This document shows, one piece after another, positions 39,731-51,895 of a stretch of DNA of 64,000 nucleotides. A program made the position numbers and the translations under genes. Location of the stretch: NCBI GenBank assembly GCA_013265495.1, contig MU058636.1, forward strand, positions 5,367,741 to 5,431,740, read 5' to 3'. The stretch is from Vicugna vicugna. Its lineage: Eukaryota. The notes under the pieces were generated by a model. The model was not told where the DNA came from. It made no database searches and worked only from the letters and a program-made list of their open reading frames with translations. Within the stretch, counting starts at the first letter, position 1; each line of letters begins with the position of its first letter.

Positions 39731-42700
39731 ACACAATGCCGCTAGCTGTGGATTTTGAGACAAGGGAACGGTAGTAAGATAAGCATTTAGATCCTTTATA
39801 GAAGTAATATACCAACACCAAATCAGTGAATGTCAGGGGGACTGAAAAGAAAAATAAAATTATAGCTTAAACCAGCATGAAGTAGAACCTCTAACAGTAA
39901 ACTCTAAAGCTATGGATATCTTTTTTCTCTCTGCTGTAACGCTTGGCACAGAAAGATCATTTAATTTGGAGTTTGATCCTCAGCTGAAAATAAACTGCTC
40001 TCATTTAAACTGAGCGCCCACTATTGTTGTTTAATCATTTTGTAGTTTTATTCAAGTACTTTCAAGGCCCAAGGAACACCAGTCAGAATGCCTCTCTCTG
40101 TGTTACACAAGGATTCTTTTCATGGAGTAATTTATGGTTAATTCAAGAAAGCATATCTCATCTGCTTGCTGGGTTTCTGCTCCCCTGGCCTGTCCCACAG
40201 AGGACATAGTGGCTCGCTGGCCAGGCCCACTACAAACGGTCCAGCGTGCAGGATAATAAGCATGTGTGGAAAGAATGCTAGTTCTCAGGAGATTGTTCTA
40301 AATCACTGTTCTCTTGCGGAATGTAGAGAATCAATAATTCCAAGAAACTTTTAGAGCATAATTTTGGCTGAGGCAGTAGAGTGAGTTTAAATTCTAGACC
40401 CATGGGCAACAAATTCAGACGGTGTATTCTGGCCCTTTGCAGACTGCGTCTTCTGGCCCTTTGCAGACTGCGGAGTAAGCGGTCTGTGGTCTCTGGGAGG
40501 CCCCTCTGTAGAGGCTGGGGGGAAGAGCACGCCCACATTGACCTCCTTCCCCTCTGGTCTGCTGGCTGCACTCACGCCCTTCCTTGGAATCCTGCAAGGG
40601 CTCCCTGGGCCAGAGGATTCCAGCACCTCGCCCTCTCACTCACTTCTGGCTCAGACAACCAGCTTGGCGCAGCTCAGGCTACAGACCCACCGCCTTCACT
40701 CCTGTGCATGGAAGCCACTGGCAAGGCATTAACCACCTGCTGGCCCCGCGAAGGCCTTTCTCCTCACCCTTTCACTGCTTGACAAGAAGGAGGCCATTTC
40801 AAGGAGCTTTCCTGATTAGGAAGACTTAGATTTCCTGTAGGATAAACCCCCAGGACCCCACTTGCCCTGTTCCCTCCACCCCCAAAGTGACACACCGACC
40901 TTACTCCTGGGCTTGGTTGCAACCCATGTGGGGGTCTGTCTGTGTATTAGTGCATTTGTATTCATTTCTGAAGCTGGCATTCCTTCACCATTTACACAGT
41001 GAACTCCTTGAAGCAGGGACTTGCATTACTTATTGGGCAGCCCACGGAACAGGATCATTGAGAAACATCTTTAAAGAAGGCGCAAGCTCATCCGCCCTTT
41101 ACTGACAGGCCCCCTGAGGAAGTGCTCTGCCCCCCAGCAGTCCTCTGCTCGGCCTCTCTGCCGAGGGCTTCAGGGAGGGGCGCTGTTAGTGGGGATGCAT
41201 TTCAAGGATTATCCCAAGAACTGCACAAAGAAAACCTTCCCTCTTGAGCAAAGAGGTAGGTGCGGGACAGCAGGTCTCAGCAGCGAGGCCCCCGACCAAT
41301 TTATCAGCGGGGCTGCAGGACAGAGAGCGATGCTTCTGACTCAGCTCACTTGATAAGAGCTCGTTTCCAGTTTTCCCGTGGTTCATCCTGATATAACTTG
41401 CAGAAAACTATTATGCTGAAATGTCTGCCAGTTATTCCATGTAAAAGGAGATTAAATGAGGGATTAGGAAAAGGTTCCACAATTTACATAGTTTTCTTCA
41501 TAGTCATTTAACACGTAGACTCAAGTTTTCCCTTTTTAACTGTTTTTAACCTTAGTTCAAGAGAAAAGTTAAACTAGTTAGAATTTCCATTTCTCTCAGT
41601 GACAGTCTAGTTTTTAATAAAAATGGGTAAGACAGGCCTTTTAGGCCTCTCCTGATGCTAAGTTTATTGTTCCCTCAGAGAGTTTAAAACTTTGCCCTCA
41701 AAGATCACTGTGTTTTTGACATTTTCTAAATTTGAAAAAGAAAGAGTAGTAAAACTAGCAGCCTGATAAGAAGCTGCTAAACTTGATTGCTTCAAGTTCA
41801 TCCTTAGTTCTATGCAAAACAGCTAGAAAAGGCGGCACCGAGGTCAGCACAATTACATGTAATTGATCAGGCAAACTTTGGATTATTATAACTTCATTCT
41901 GATTATTAAAATAATGCTAGTGTCAACGTATTTTCCATTTTTAGTATTATTTATGAATAACGTCATGTTAATCATCTTTGTTCAGAAAGCTTTTGTCTAC
42001 TTTTTTTTTTAAACCACTTCCTTAGGATAATTTCCTAGAACGGGGATTTACTGATGAGAGGGTCTTGATAAATGCAGTCAAGCTGCTTTTCAAGAAGATG
42101 GTTGTATATACGTTTAAAAAAAACATATCTAGCCACAGGTATCAAGGCTCTCTCCAAATAGAGACAGCTAATTGATATTTCTAATTTTTAGTTAGCTATG
42201 TGTGATCAGTAGGACTCAAATAGTACTAGTAGGTGAATGATTTGTCTACTGGTGATTACATGTAAGGCTTTTCCAGCCTAAAACAATCTATATGCTATTA
42301 CACTATGATGGTCAAATTATTCCAGACACACAAATGGATACCCAGATTCTGTCCCAAAAGGTGTGTGATGATAGTGTATCACAAACTAGGTAACATTTTC
42401 AGAAAGACGGGGAAAGACTGATGTTCATTCATTCTACAGACACCCCTTGAATACCAGCCCGTTATGAGAAACTTTGGAAAGTACCAGAAAAATCAAAGAA
42501 AGTTGGTGCCTTCCCTGTCTCTGAGGAGCCCACAAAAGGAGAGCTGCATGTAAAAAAAGAATAAAGTAGAAGAAGATAAGAACTTCAGGAGAAGCTTATA
42601 CTCTGGGAGCCATGGATGAAGGAGGGAGCATATTAGGGAAGGCTGCAAGGTTGGTAATGTTGAGGCAGCCTTGGCAGATGAAGAGAATGACAGAAAGTAG

Positions 42701-42854
42701 TAGAGGAAGTTTGGTGGAAACTGGTTAGTTCCTCCCATGAAGGGCTCTAGGGGTTCAAAAGAGGGAGGAGATCAGAAGAGGGTCAAGAGAAGCCTCTGAA
42801 TGACGAGCAGGATTTGTTAAGAAAGGGAGGAAAGGAATATTCCAGGAAGCAACC

Positions 42855-43015
42855 AAGTGACTTTAAAGTCACAGCATTTTCACGTATAATATGTCATTTG
42901 ACCCCCACAACAACCTTAGGTGATGGTGTGTACATTCTCATTCTCATATTGCAGAAGTCGGAGGGCTTAAGTGACTTGCTCAGGGTCACACAGTTGAGTG
43001 GGTGGCGTACAGGGC
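42855..43015 (-). mobile_element. MIR SINE
   Basis: tcatttgaccccacaacaacc...ttaagtgacttgctcagggtcacacag. Confidence 0.7.
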
Positions 43016-45631
43016 GGCTGTGCTTCAACACCTCAGTGAACGGCGCCCACGAGGATGGTTTTGTTTAGCGCGTGGTGATATTAACAGCTGGGATTGGCAG
43101 GTCTGACCTCTGACTATGTCATTTGCACTATTCTAAGCTGCTATCACGTTTATCACTTAAAATGAAAACGGTTTAATGAAAACCCACTAATGGCTCCTAT
43201 CTTTCACTTTCCATATTTTATATACTATTGCTTTTATTGGAATATTTTGAAAGATTCTCTCCTCTCTCCCTCTCTCTCTCTCTATGTGTGTGTATTCACA
43301 TATATATCTCTTATATGAAGATGAGCATGTATTTATTTAAATATGTTATATATGTATATATAAAATGCTAGAAAATATTGGGTAATTTATTTTACACTAT
43401 CATCCATTTCCTTACGTTAGGAATTTAAAAAATTATATAGATATTTAAGAATAGTGGATCAAAAAAGTATTGCACCAATTTTAACCCAACTTCTACAACT
43501 TTAACTTGTTTGAAGAAATACCTGGTATTTCACAATGCCAGGAATTGTGATGAGAAAAATCAAAGGGAGATTCCACATAAAGAAGAAAAGATTGCTGCAA
43601 GTACCTTCAAGGGTAAGCTACTGGAAACAAAAGTACTACTGTATGAAATTACAGAATTTTGTTTTTAGTGACCCAAAGTTTTTCTGCTTTTTCAGTCTAA
43701 GGCAACAGAGGCAACTTCCTAAATGGCATATATAATAAAAAACCAACAGCCCAAGACACATTATAAATATCTTGTTGACATTTGAAATGTCTCTGGGAGT
43801 CAAAGAGATGACTAGGATTATTCACAGTATTTTTAAGCAGTGAAACAGATTTATGAAAAGGTTAGCTATCTTCCTCAAGGTGACCAAGTTAGGCAGCACA
43901 AGGGTAGTGGCAGAAATCCAAGACTTCTGATTGTTACCTTGGTCCTTTCAATAAATGCTAAATGTCTTCATCAGGTCTGACACCGGTCCTGTTGGAAATT
44001 GGCAAATATTCTTTCACACATTAGAAAAAACAGGTCCTGAGGCTACCCTGTCACATGTCAGCATATATCAGCACACGTGAGTTTAGTTCACACAGAATAT
44101 ACTCGCTGGCGTATCTGATACCCTCTAGGGGTACATTCAGATACAGATCCGAGACTATATACCACGAAGAGTATGTTCCAGAATTTCAGAAAGACTATCT
44201 CACACACATCTCTAAATGACTGTGTAAGTTGCAGTGAGTCTACAGAGAGCTCTCGCTCCTGTTAACGTTCTTCCTCTCAATCTTCAAATCTAGGCTACAG
44301 CAAACAGGCTAAGCTTCCGAAAAGACAGTAAGATTAAATGTTCAACTTTCAGTGTCTGACTCTCGCAGTAAGAAAAGACATCAGTGTGGCATTTATTACG
44401 AAACATGTGGAAAGGGCCCTGTAGAAACCATATGGTTACTGGTCATGGCACAATCTCATTCAGAGGTGCCAGGAACACTAATGAGACCCGGATGTCAGGA
44501 AAAGCAGAAATAGATCAATATTTCTCCCCCACTTGTAGCCGCCCCACCATCAGTCACTGCGCTTGCTCTATGTAAATGAAATCAATCAGCAAGGATTTCT
44601 GTAAAATGCATAAAACAGTTGTCTTCTGGACTCCACTAGAAGATAAATGATTCCAGACGTTGGACTGCAGCCATTTTCCCACACATGCTACAAAGTTCTG
44701 ACATCCATATTGGGCCATAACACCGAGTGGTTTCTGCTTTTGCGCGTTTACAGCCAGGGCTTCCACTTCTGGTTTGGACTGGACAGCCTGCTAACGCCGA
44801 TGCAAAATAAATCCTTTTTTGCCCGTATAAATTGTAAGAGAATCACCTTTTTCTAATTCAGGGGCTCTTGTGATCCCCCTCAAACCTTTCAGCTATGGCT
44901 CCCACAAGCTTCTCCTGCCAAATCACTGCTTTATATCTCTTTGGAATTAGACAAATCCCAGCCTAATAAAGCATATGACATGTGACATCAAGCGCAGACC
45001 TCTTAGATGTAACATATAACAATAAACAGCACAAGTCCCACTTTGCTTTAAAATTAGTACGGTTGAAAACTGTATTAAACATACAGGGCAGGATTGTTTT
45101 ACATGGTAGCTTACAAAGAAGATCCAGAAGCAGCTTCCTTTAAAAACTATGTTAACACAGTAACATTATTTGGAAAGGCACATATAAGCATAGGTCATGC
45201 TGATGGCTATTTATGCAACTGATCCCAGGGAATGAAACATCCAATTGACAGCATTTTCTGCCGGCCTCTTAAATCTGAGAGATGGGCACTTTCTCACTAA
45301 ATTGCCTTTGAGGAAGGATACAAGTAATTTTGCCCATAGTTCAAAAAAAAGAAAGAAAGAAAGAAAGAAAGCCTGACATTAACATCTATAGTCTAACTGA
45401 GATAAAAAAAAAAACAAACAGTTCTCTGAGGTTAAATAAAAGTAAAATAAATCTTACTGTAGCTTTCAAATATTTCTTAAGTGAATAATCAAAATGAGAG
45501 GTACTGCTTTCAATTTTAAATCAAGTTCCTGTTAAAAGAATGTCCTTCTAAATGTCAAATACACCACAAAGAAAACTTTATGTATAAATAACAAAACTGC
45601 CAGTATAAATAGGAGGTAACTGTTGTCTTAC

Positions 45632-45925
45632 CCACCGCCAGGACCTCTTCTATGGAACACAAACTTACTTTGTTTTAAAATGTCCTTAGGCTGTGCTGTA
45701 CCTTTGAAACAAAATCACTCTCTTCTTCGTTTCATTTTCTGCTTTCTTGAAAATTGCTCTTCTGAAACTGACAGATGGTGCATCTGTCACTGAGTGTTTC
45801 CTCTTCGTTATCTCTGCCAGCTAATATTTCCCCTGTGCTTAGCTGCTGTCTGTGAGACTGTTCCACATCATCCTAGCCTGATCAATGGTGTGCCTGGTCT
45901 GAGGTTAGTTTTGGCCCCGCCTCCA
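45632..45925 (-). promoter_or_regulatory. STARD13: Candidate alternative promoter plus non-coding first exon (gamma-type isoform)
   Basis: GC box GGAGGCGGGGCC (45913-45924). Two downstream donors: CAAA|gtaagt (exon end 45669) and GTGG|gtaaga (exon end 45632). Only short uORFs. No recognisable repeat. TSS unknown. Confidence 0.4.
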
Positions 45926-47884
45926 GCTCTAAGAGAAAAAAATGAGAACTCACAGCTGGATTTCCTATAAATCCTCTCCTTTAAATCTGGCTCTGCAGCT
46001 GACACATACTAGAGGAAAAAGCTACCAGTCGTCTGGCACACACCAAGAGGGGTGATCCTCACCGAGGGTCCCCCTGTGCCAGTGCCAAGCGTGTGGGTTA
46101 TGTAACAAGTCCCATGTTAAGTTCGCCTGAAACGTCACAGCACGGGAGGAAGCGTTTTAACCAGGCTTAGGTTTTCCCATGCCTGATGAGACCCAAAAGA
46201 AGGTGCCCATGACTGAAACACACACACACAAGCAAGTGTGCACCCATGATGGAATGATTTTTGACCCGTTAAGCATTGTGAAAACTGATTTCAAGGAGAA
46301 AATGGAAAAGGAAAAAATGCCAGAAGAGGACGTTATAAAATGGGTGTACCTGTAGCTTTCTATCCTAAAATAGAGGTCATCACTCACATTCAGATGACAT
46401 TACACCCCCAAGCGACGGGATCTGCTGGCATTTCTACTACCCATGAGCTTGTGAATCAAGAGAAGGCATGAGATGCAGTTCAGGTTCTACATAAGAGAAG
46501 CCTGCTCTCCCAGGCAGAGGTGAACCTGTGACACCTGTCTGCTCTGTAAATCAGTTCAACACAGGGTGCATTTTTAGGCTTACATATTCTGCACAGTCAA
46601 CAATAATCAAACCTTAGGCAGAAGGGCTGCACGCTGATAGCCAATAGTGCCTGTGTTACTAAAATAAGGCAGAGACTGCACACGCATCCAGAGTCAGAAG
46701 ACCTGGATTCAAGTCTCAGCTTTGTTTCTCAGACAGCGTCCTTGAACACGAACGGCACAGAGTAAGCTCTGGGGACCTGACAGGTGATTGCAAAATTAAA
46801 TGAAGATGATAAAATACTTCATCATTATTATATAACTTTTGTATTGTTCTTTTCAACAACAGAGAGCATATGAAGTAAGTGTAAATATTTAATCTGGCAA
46901 AGGATGGTACCAAACAAAATACCACTGCCTGTGATAAGAAAAGCTAAGGTGAGAAGATCCTGGGAATAACGCACAGGGTCTGGAGGGCACGCTGAGGATC
47001 ACAGGAACTCAGATTATGAACACTGAACTCGACAGTGAGGGAATACGTGGCGAGCATGCGTCAGAGTAGCGTTGAATAGTAAGTCTAAAATCTTTGTTCT
47101 CCTTCCACGTTTCACAAAAGAACCCTGGAACTGTCATCTGTCATTAGTCTGTGGGCCCCTTAAGAGCAGGAATGTATACAGTTGGTGTCTGTTGAGTAAG
47201 TGAATGAGTGAGATGCGGAGCCTCAGAAGAGCTACTCACTCTGAAGGAGGGACTGTAGTAACTGTGAGAAGCCCAGGCTTGGAGTTGGAAAATCAGAAAC
47301 TTCCAGGCTGAGACAACCTGCGTGTCCTTCCAGTGCCCTCAGACATGCAGGGAGAGGCTTTCTGGGTCACTGGAAAGAGAGAGGCTTTGTTCTCGGACCC
47401 CAGATCTGACCCAGCTTCCTACACTCGCCCCTCACCACCTCCCCTCAGCACTTCCTCCCGTGAGAGTGTCATCCAGAGCCGCCAACAAGGATCCTGAGTC
47501 AAGAATCAGGATGTTTGTAAACATCCCTTTAATAAAAGTACATGGATTGTTAGGGTGAATTCTTCCCGAAAGGGGATGCAAGTCCTTGTTTGCTGTGGCT
47601 GTCAAGAAGTAAGCTTTCCAAATCCAGAGGGACCCTACTCCCTGTGGGCTGTGTCAAGGGCAGCTGTGGACCTGGCCAGGGGTAAGGAAAGGCAGATGAG
47701 ACGGGCTGTGCTCCCACCCTGCCTGCGTCCTCACTGCCAGTGCGTTTCTGTGCTCTCGACTGAATACACTGGAAAGTGCATTCACTTTGATAATAGCTTT
47801 GGGTGTAAAATCTCTTTCCCACAAGCTGAAGGATCATACCAATTTGGGGAAAGGAAATTTACCAACTGTGAAGATCTTTTCTAA

Positions 47885-48560
47885 TGAATACTTCTTTACT
47901 CCTATAATGTGCAAGGCATTGTACCAGGCACCTCAGAGGACACATGCTTCCAGCAGCAGGTTTACAATGGCACAAAGGATTACAATCTAAAACAGGATAT
48001 GAGAACAGCTGGGGAGAGGAAGAGCACAGCTGGGGCTCAAGGGGAAAAGGTCACATCTAGTCTGGGGGATCGGGGTGGGAGAATCCAGAAAACATGACTC
48101 TTTAAGGTCAAGCATTAAGGTTCGGGACGGATTTGCACAGGCAGAGATGAGTGAGGACACTTGGAAGAGAAGGACACACCCACAGTGAAGAATGAGCGCT
48201 AAGGCACAGAAAGAGACAGAGCAAGGCAATCTCTGGAAATAGTGAACCACCTGGTTCTGCTGGAGCCTAGGGGGCATGCAGGCGAGTCACGGGTAGGAGA
48301 TGCCAAAGACAAGGAGGAGCCGTACTGCGGAATGGTCTTGAGTGCTGGGAAGGGTGTGGGGAGTTAATACTACGTTCCATCAGCAATCATGAACCTTTGG
48401 AGATTTTTTGAGCATAAGGGTAATATAATCTAAGCAGTGAGATCTGAAACCATGTTTAGGATAGATTATAAAGAGTAGGCAGTTGACCCACTTAAGTGTC
48501 TACTGTAAAAATTTCAGCAGAAGACCATAAAGACTCGACCTTGGAGGATGAGGGTAATAA
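47885..48560 (-). mobile_element. L2 LINE fragment
   Basis: tcctataatgtgcaaggcattgtaccaggcac...aaggcacaga...ttctgctggagc...ttggagattttttgagca is antisense L2. Confidence 0.65.
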
Positions 48561-48639
48561 AAGGAAGGGTGCTAGAGGCAGCTGCAGAGATAAGTGAGTC
48601 AAAGGAGATGAGTCAAAGAAAGCCCTACCTTGAGGAATT

Positions 48640-48845
48640 TTTCCTGGAGATATTTGCAGACAGATATACAAACATATACAAGTTTTCATTTCGGCATATT
48701 TGTAATTGTCAAAGATTGCAAACTACCTTAATACCCACCAATGGGGAACTTACAAATAAATTAAGGTACATTCATATAATGAAATACTATATGCAACCAT
48801 TTAAAATACATATGCAGCTATAAGAAAGCTGACATAGAATATTGG
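48640..48845 (+). mobile_element. Old L1 (L1ME-like) 3' fragment
   Basis: aatggggaacttacaaataaattaaggtacattcatataatgaaatactatatgcaaccatttaaaa. Confidence 0.65.
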
Positions 48846-49899
48846 TGATAGGCACCAGATAGCCCATGGTTAAGGAGTATGTGCAGAAGAGAAGTTGAAG
48901 GCAGGGAGTGAATTTATGGCAAAGGAAGGAAAATATTGGGGACTGGAATGAGCACTGGGTGGGGACCTCGGGGTTTGGATTTTACTCTCAGATTGGCACC
49001 TGTCTTCCCCAGAACCAGGTCAACCTAGATTTGTGCAGTGTATAACCTACCCAACTGTATGTGTCGGCTTTGCCCACAACCATCAAGCTGAAGATGCCAG
49101 AAACCTGCCTCATCTAGCCCTGCCCATGTTCATGGTCAAAAGGCCTGACACCCATGCCTGGGAAAATCAGTACTTGAAAAGGAAGACCATCCATGTGTGG
49201 GACAAAAATGTTTTTAAGGATTATACCAGATGGCAAAGCAAATGGCACGACACTTGAAGCTTCCTATTTTATCAAACTCCAGGCATAAGAAGTCAGTTAA
49301 GCATCACAAGCAATATCCATGCTCAGGTCCAAGTGCAGCGCAAGTTCATACACCAAGCACAGCAATAATAATTAGGACTGATGTGCTGGTCCTCAGTCTT
49401 GTAACCCTTAAGCTAGGGACGGATATTTCAATCATCAATCCCCTCCTGTTCAGTGATAGGACATCTTTAATGATCATATACAAGAAGCGAAGTCCAGCCT
49501 CACAGAAGGGGTGGGAAACTTCAACAGCACACCCTGGGGGTCTGTGTCAGCCGTGCTTTGTTTGAAAGGGCAACGCAGGAAGGATCTCAGAGGCAACGGA
49601 TTTGGCTCCTTGGGGATTTTGTTTTCTTTTTTGCACAGAGCCAGGCCCAAATATTAAACATTTCTCCTCAGCTCTGCAGAGAGGAAGACACACCGAGGAA
49701 ATGGGAACTCTACAGAGGAATGCAGCACATCAAGGCAAGAGCCTCTCCAACTTAACATACGGACAATTTGCCTCGTGCACAGAATCTGTGTGAGAGCAAA
49801 TGAAGAGTACGATTTCGCAGCTGGTGAGGGCAGTACGGTTTCACGGATTACAGCATGTTCTTTTTTTCATGCAATGAAAAAACTACACTTCGTGTCCCA

Positions 49900-50092
49900 G
49901 GTGCCAGGGTTCTAATCTTGACTCTGCCAGGTACAAAGCTGTGTGAGCGTGGACACATTGCTTGAGATTCCCCCTTGTTAATTGGGTAACAACAGTACAC
50001 CTTTTAGGGGCATTGTGAAGATTAAGTGGGTTGATATACGTAAGATGCTGGGGACAGAGCACGGCACGTTCAATACGTGTTATCTATCATTC
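49900..50092 (+). mobile_element. MIR SINE
   Basis: gggttctaatcttgactctgcca...gctgtgtga...attgtgaagattaagtgggttgatatacgtaag. Confidence 0.7.
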
Positions 50093-50930
50093 CATAGTGA
50101 GAATCTAAAAATATAGTTGATTATGACTACACTTAAAGGGTTGAATCTGATTAACTGCCATTCAAGAAACAGAATTCCCTGCAAGAAAAGCTAACTGCAG
50201 TACTCACCTGCAATTTACTTTAAAACACTTGAGCATATATGGCTGATGTTACACGTGTGTTATTTAGGTTAAGCTATAACCCTGATGAAGCATTCAAGGT
50301 CTGAGGCAGTCTAGCTGGCTTTCTAAAGAGGTAGCCTGTGCTCCAGAGTCGGCTGGTACAAACCCTGCTAGCACCATCACTCCATCAACAATCTACAGTT
50401 AGCAGTCTTTGTCAAAAATGGGTTTCAATTGGTGAAAATTGTTACTGTTGACTAGCATGCTTGGTGGAATTAAGATGTTCAAGAAATACGGATTGGCTCA
50501 AAGTATTCCAATGTAAAGATCCAGTTAAGACCTCTACCTGCACCTCTGGTGATAATGCCCCAGGCTAAGTCCCTAAGTTGTCCTAGACATGTGATCAGCA
50601 TGATTTGGTTGTGAGTTTTGGGGGAGGGTGGTAGTCCATCCTCTTTTGACTCAAAACTTGCTTCTTTGGCCACCCTTATTTACCAAAAAGAAGCTAAGAG
50701 TTGTATACAACCAGCTTGATAATTTTAGTTCACTTTGACAGCCATGATTTTTAGAAGGTTCTGCTTACCTGATACAGGTATAAGGTTGAAAGATCTGCTT
50801 TTGGGATCTGGATGTTTGCCTCAAGCCTCTTTTGAATCTTTTATGTAAGGCTGTGGTTGAAGCTTATATTAAGGAAAGTGAAAACCTGGGACTTCTTGAA
50901 GCTTGTACACAGGTTACATGATCCCATTAA

Positions 50931-50954
50931 TGTGTGTGTGTGTGTGTGTGTGTG
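50931..50954. repeat. (TG)n microsatellite
   Basis: About 12 TG units with a degenerate extension. Confidence 0.9.
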
Positions 50955-51539
50955 TTGGTGTGGGTGTGTTGATTGTTAATAAATGTCTACGTACGTGACA
51001 GAATTTGGTCCTACAGTGGGTTATCAATATGACTTGATTGTGAGGTTTTAGGGTGAGTGGTTGACCTTCTTTTGCCTCGAGAGTTCTTCTTTGGCTACCA
51101 TTACCCAGCAAAAAGAAACTAAGAATTGTGCAGGACCAATTTGACCACGTTTGTTCACTAATTAAGACAGCATGAGGCATGGAACCCACAGGACATTTAA
51201 GAAGATCAGCAAAAGTTGAAAGTTTGCTTGACCAAAGAGCCCACAACAAAGATGTTTCTTTTGCTCATATCTGGTATAGATATTCGATTCTAAGTAATTC
51301 ACCAATTTCTTGGCCGAAAAAAAAAATTAGAAAAAACACACCAGAAATTTACTACACATTGTTTTCTTTATGCTATGAGTATAATTACAAATATGAAAAT
51401 ACAGTTCTCATCCTGTAGTATAGGTTCATTCACTTTAAATACATTTTTGTTATCTTCATAAAGTGAAATCAAAGACTAACACATTTTAAAAACCAATAAA
51501 AATAACCTTTAAGTATTTTTCTTTAAAATATTTTAATTA

Positions 51540-51895
51540 CACCAAATAACACACATTGTAAAAATTCAAACAGAAGTCTGTTTTTATCTCCAACTCCTAA
51601 TTCTACTTCCCTCCCTAGAGGTAATCACTATTAACAGTTTAGCATCTATTTCCCAAATTTTATATCTTCATATATATAATATATAATATAATTTATAACT
51701 TTTTACATGTGGATATATAATATATATGTGCATATATTTGTATGTGTAAAATATACACACATTTCTACATATACGTACATATACATGCATATTGTACACC
51801 CATTAGATAATTATTTTCATAGAAATAGAATCATATTATATGCATCATTCAAAAGCTTATTTTGCTCACTGAACAGTATGTCTTGGAGATCTTCA
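51540..51895 (-). mobile_element. Old L1 (L1ME/L1MC-like) 3' fragment
   Basis: ccctagaggtaatcactattaacagttt...aaatagaatcatattatatgca...tgaacagtatgtcttggagatcttc. Confidence 0.65.

Noticed and set aside
26401..40472. Short direct repeats as a CRISPR-like or other prokaryotic array
   Set aside because: They are isolated two-copy duplications in mammalian intron, with no spacer array and no associated genes.
40381..40829. Cluster of overlapping ORFs with a repeated LALCRLR peptide
   Set aside because: Explained by higher local GC and the 24-bp-period DNA duplication.
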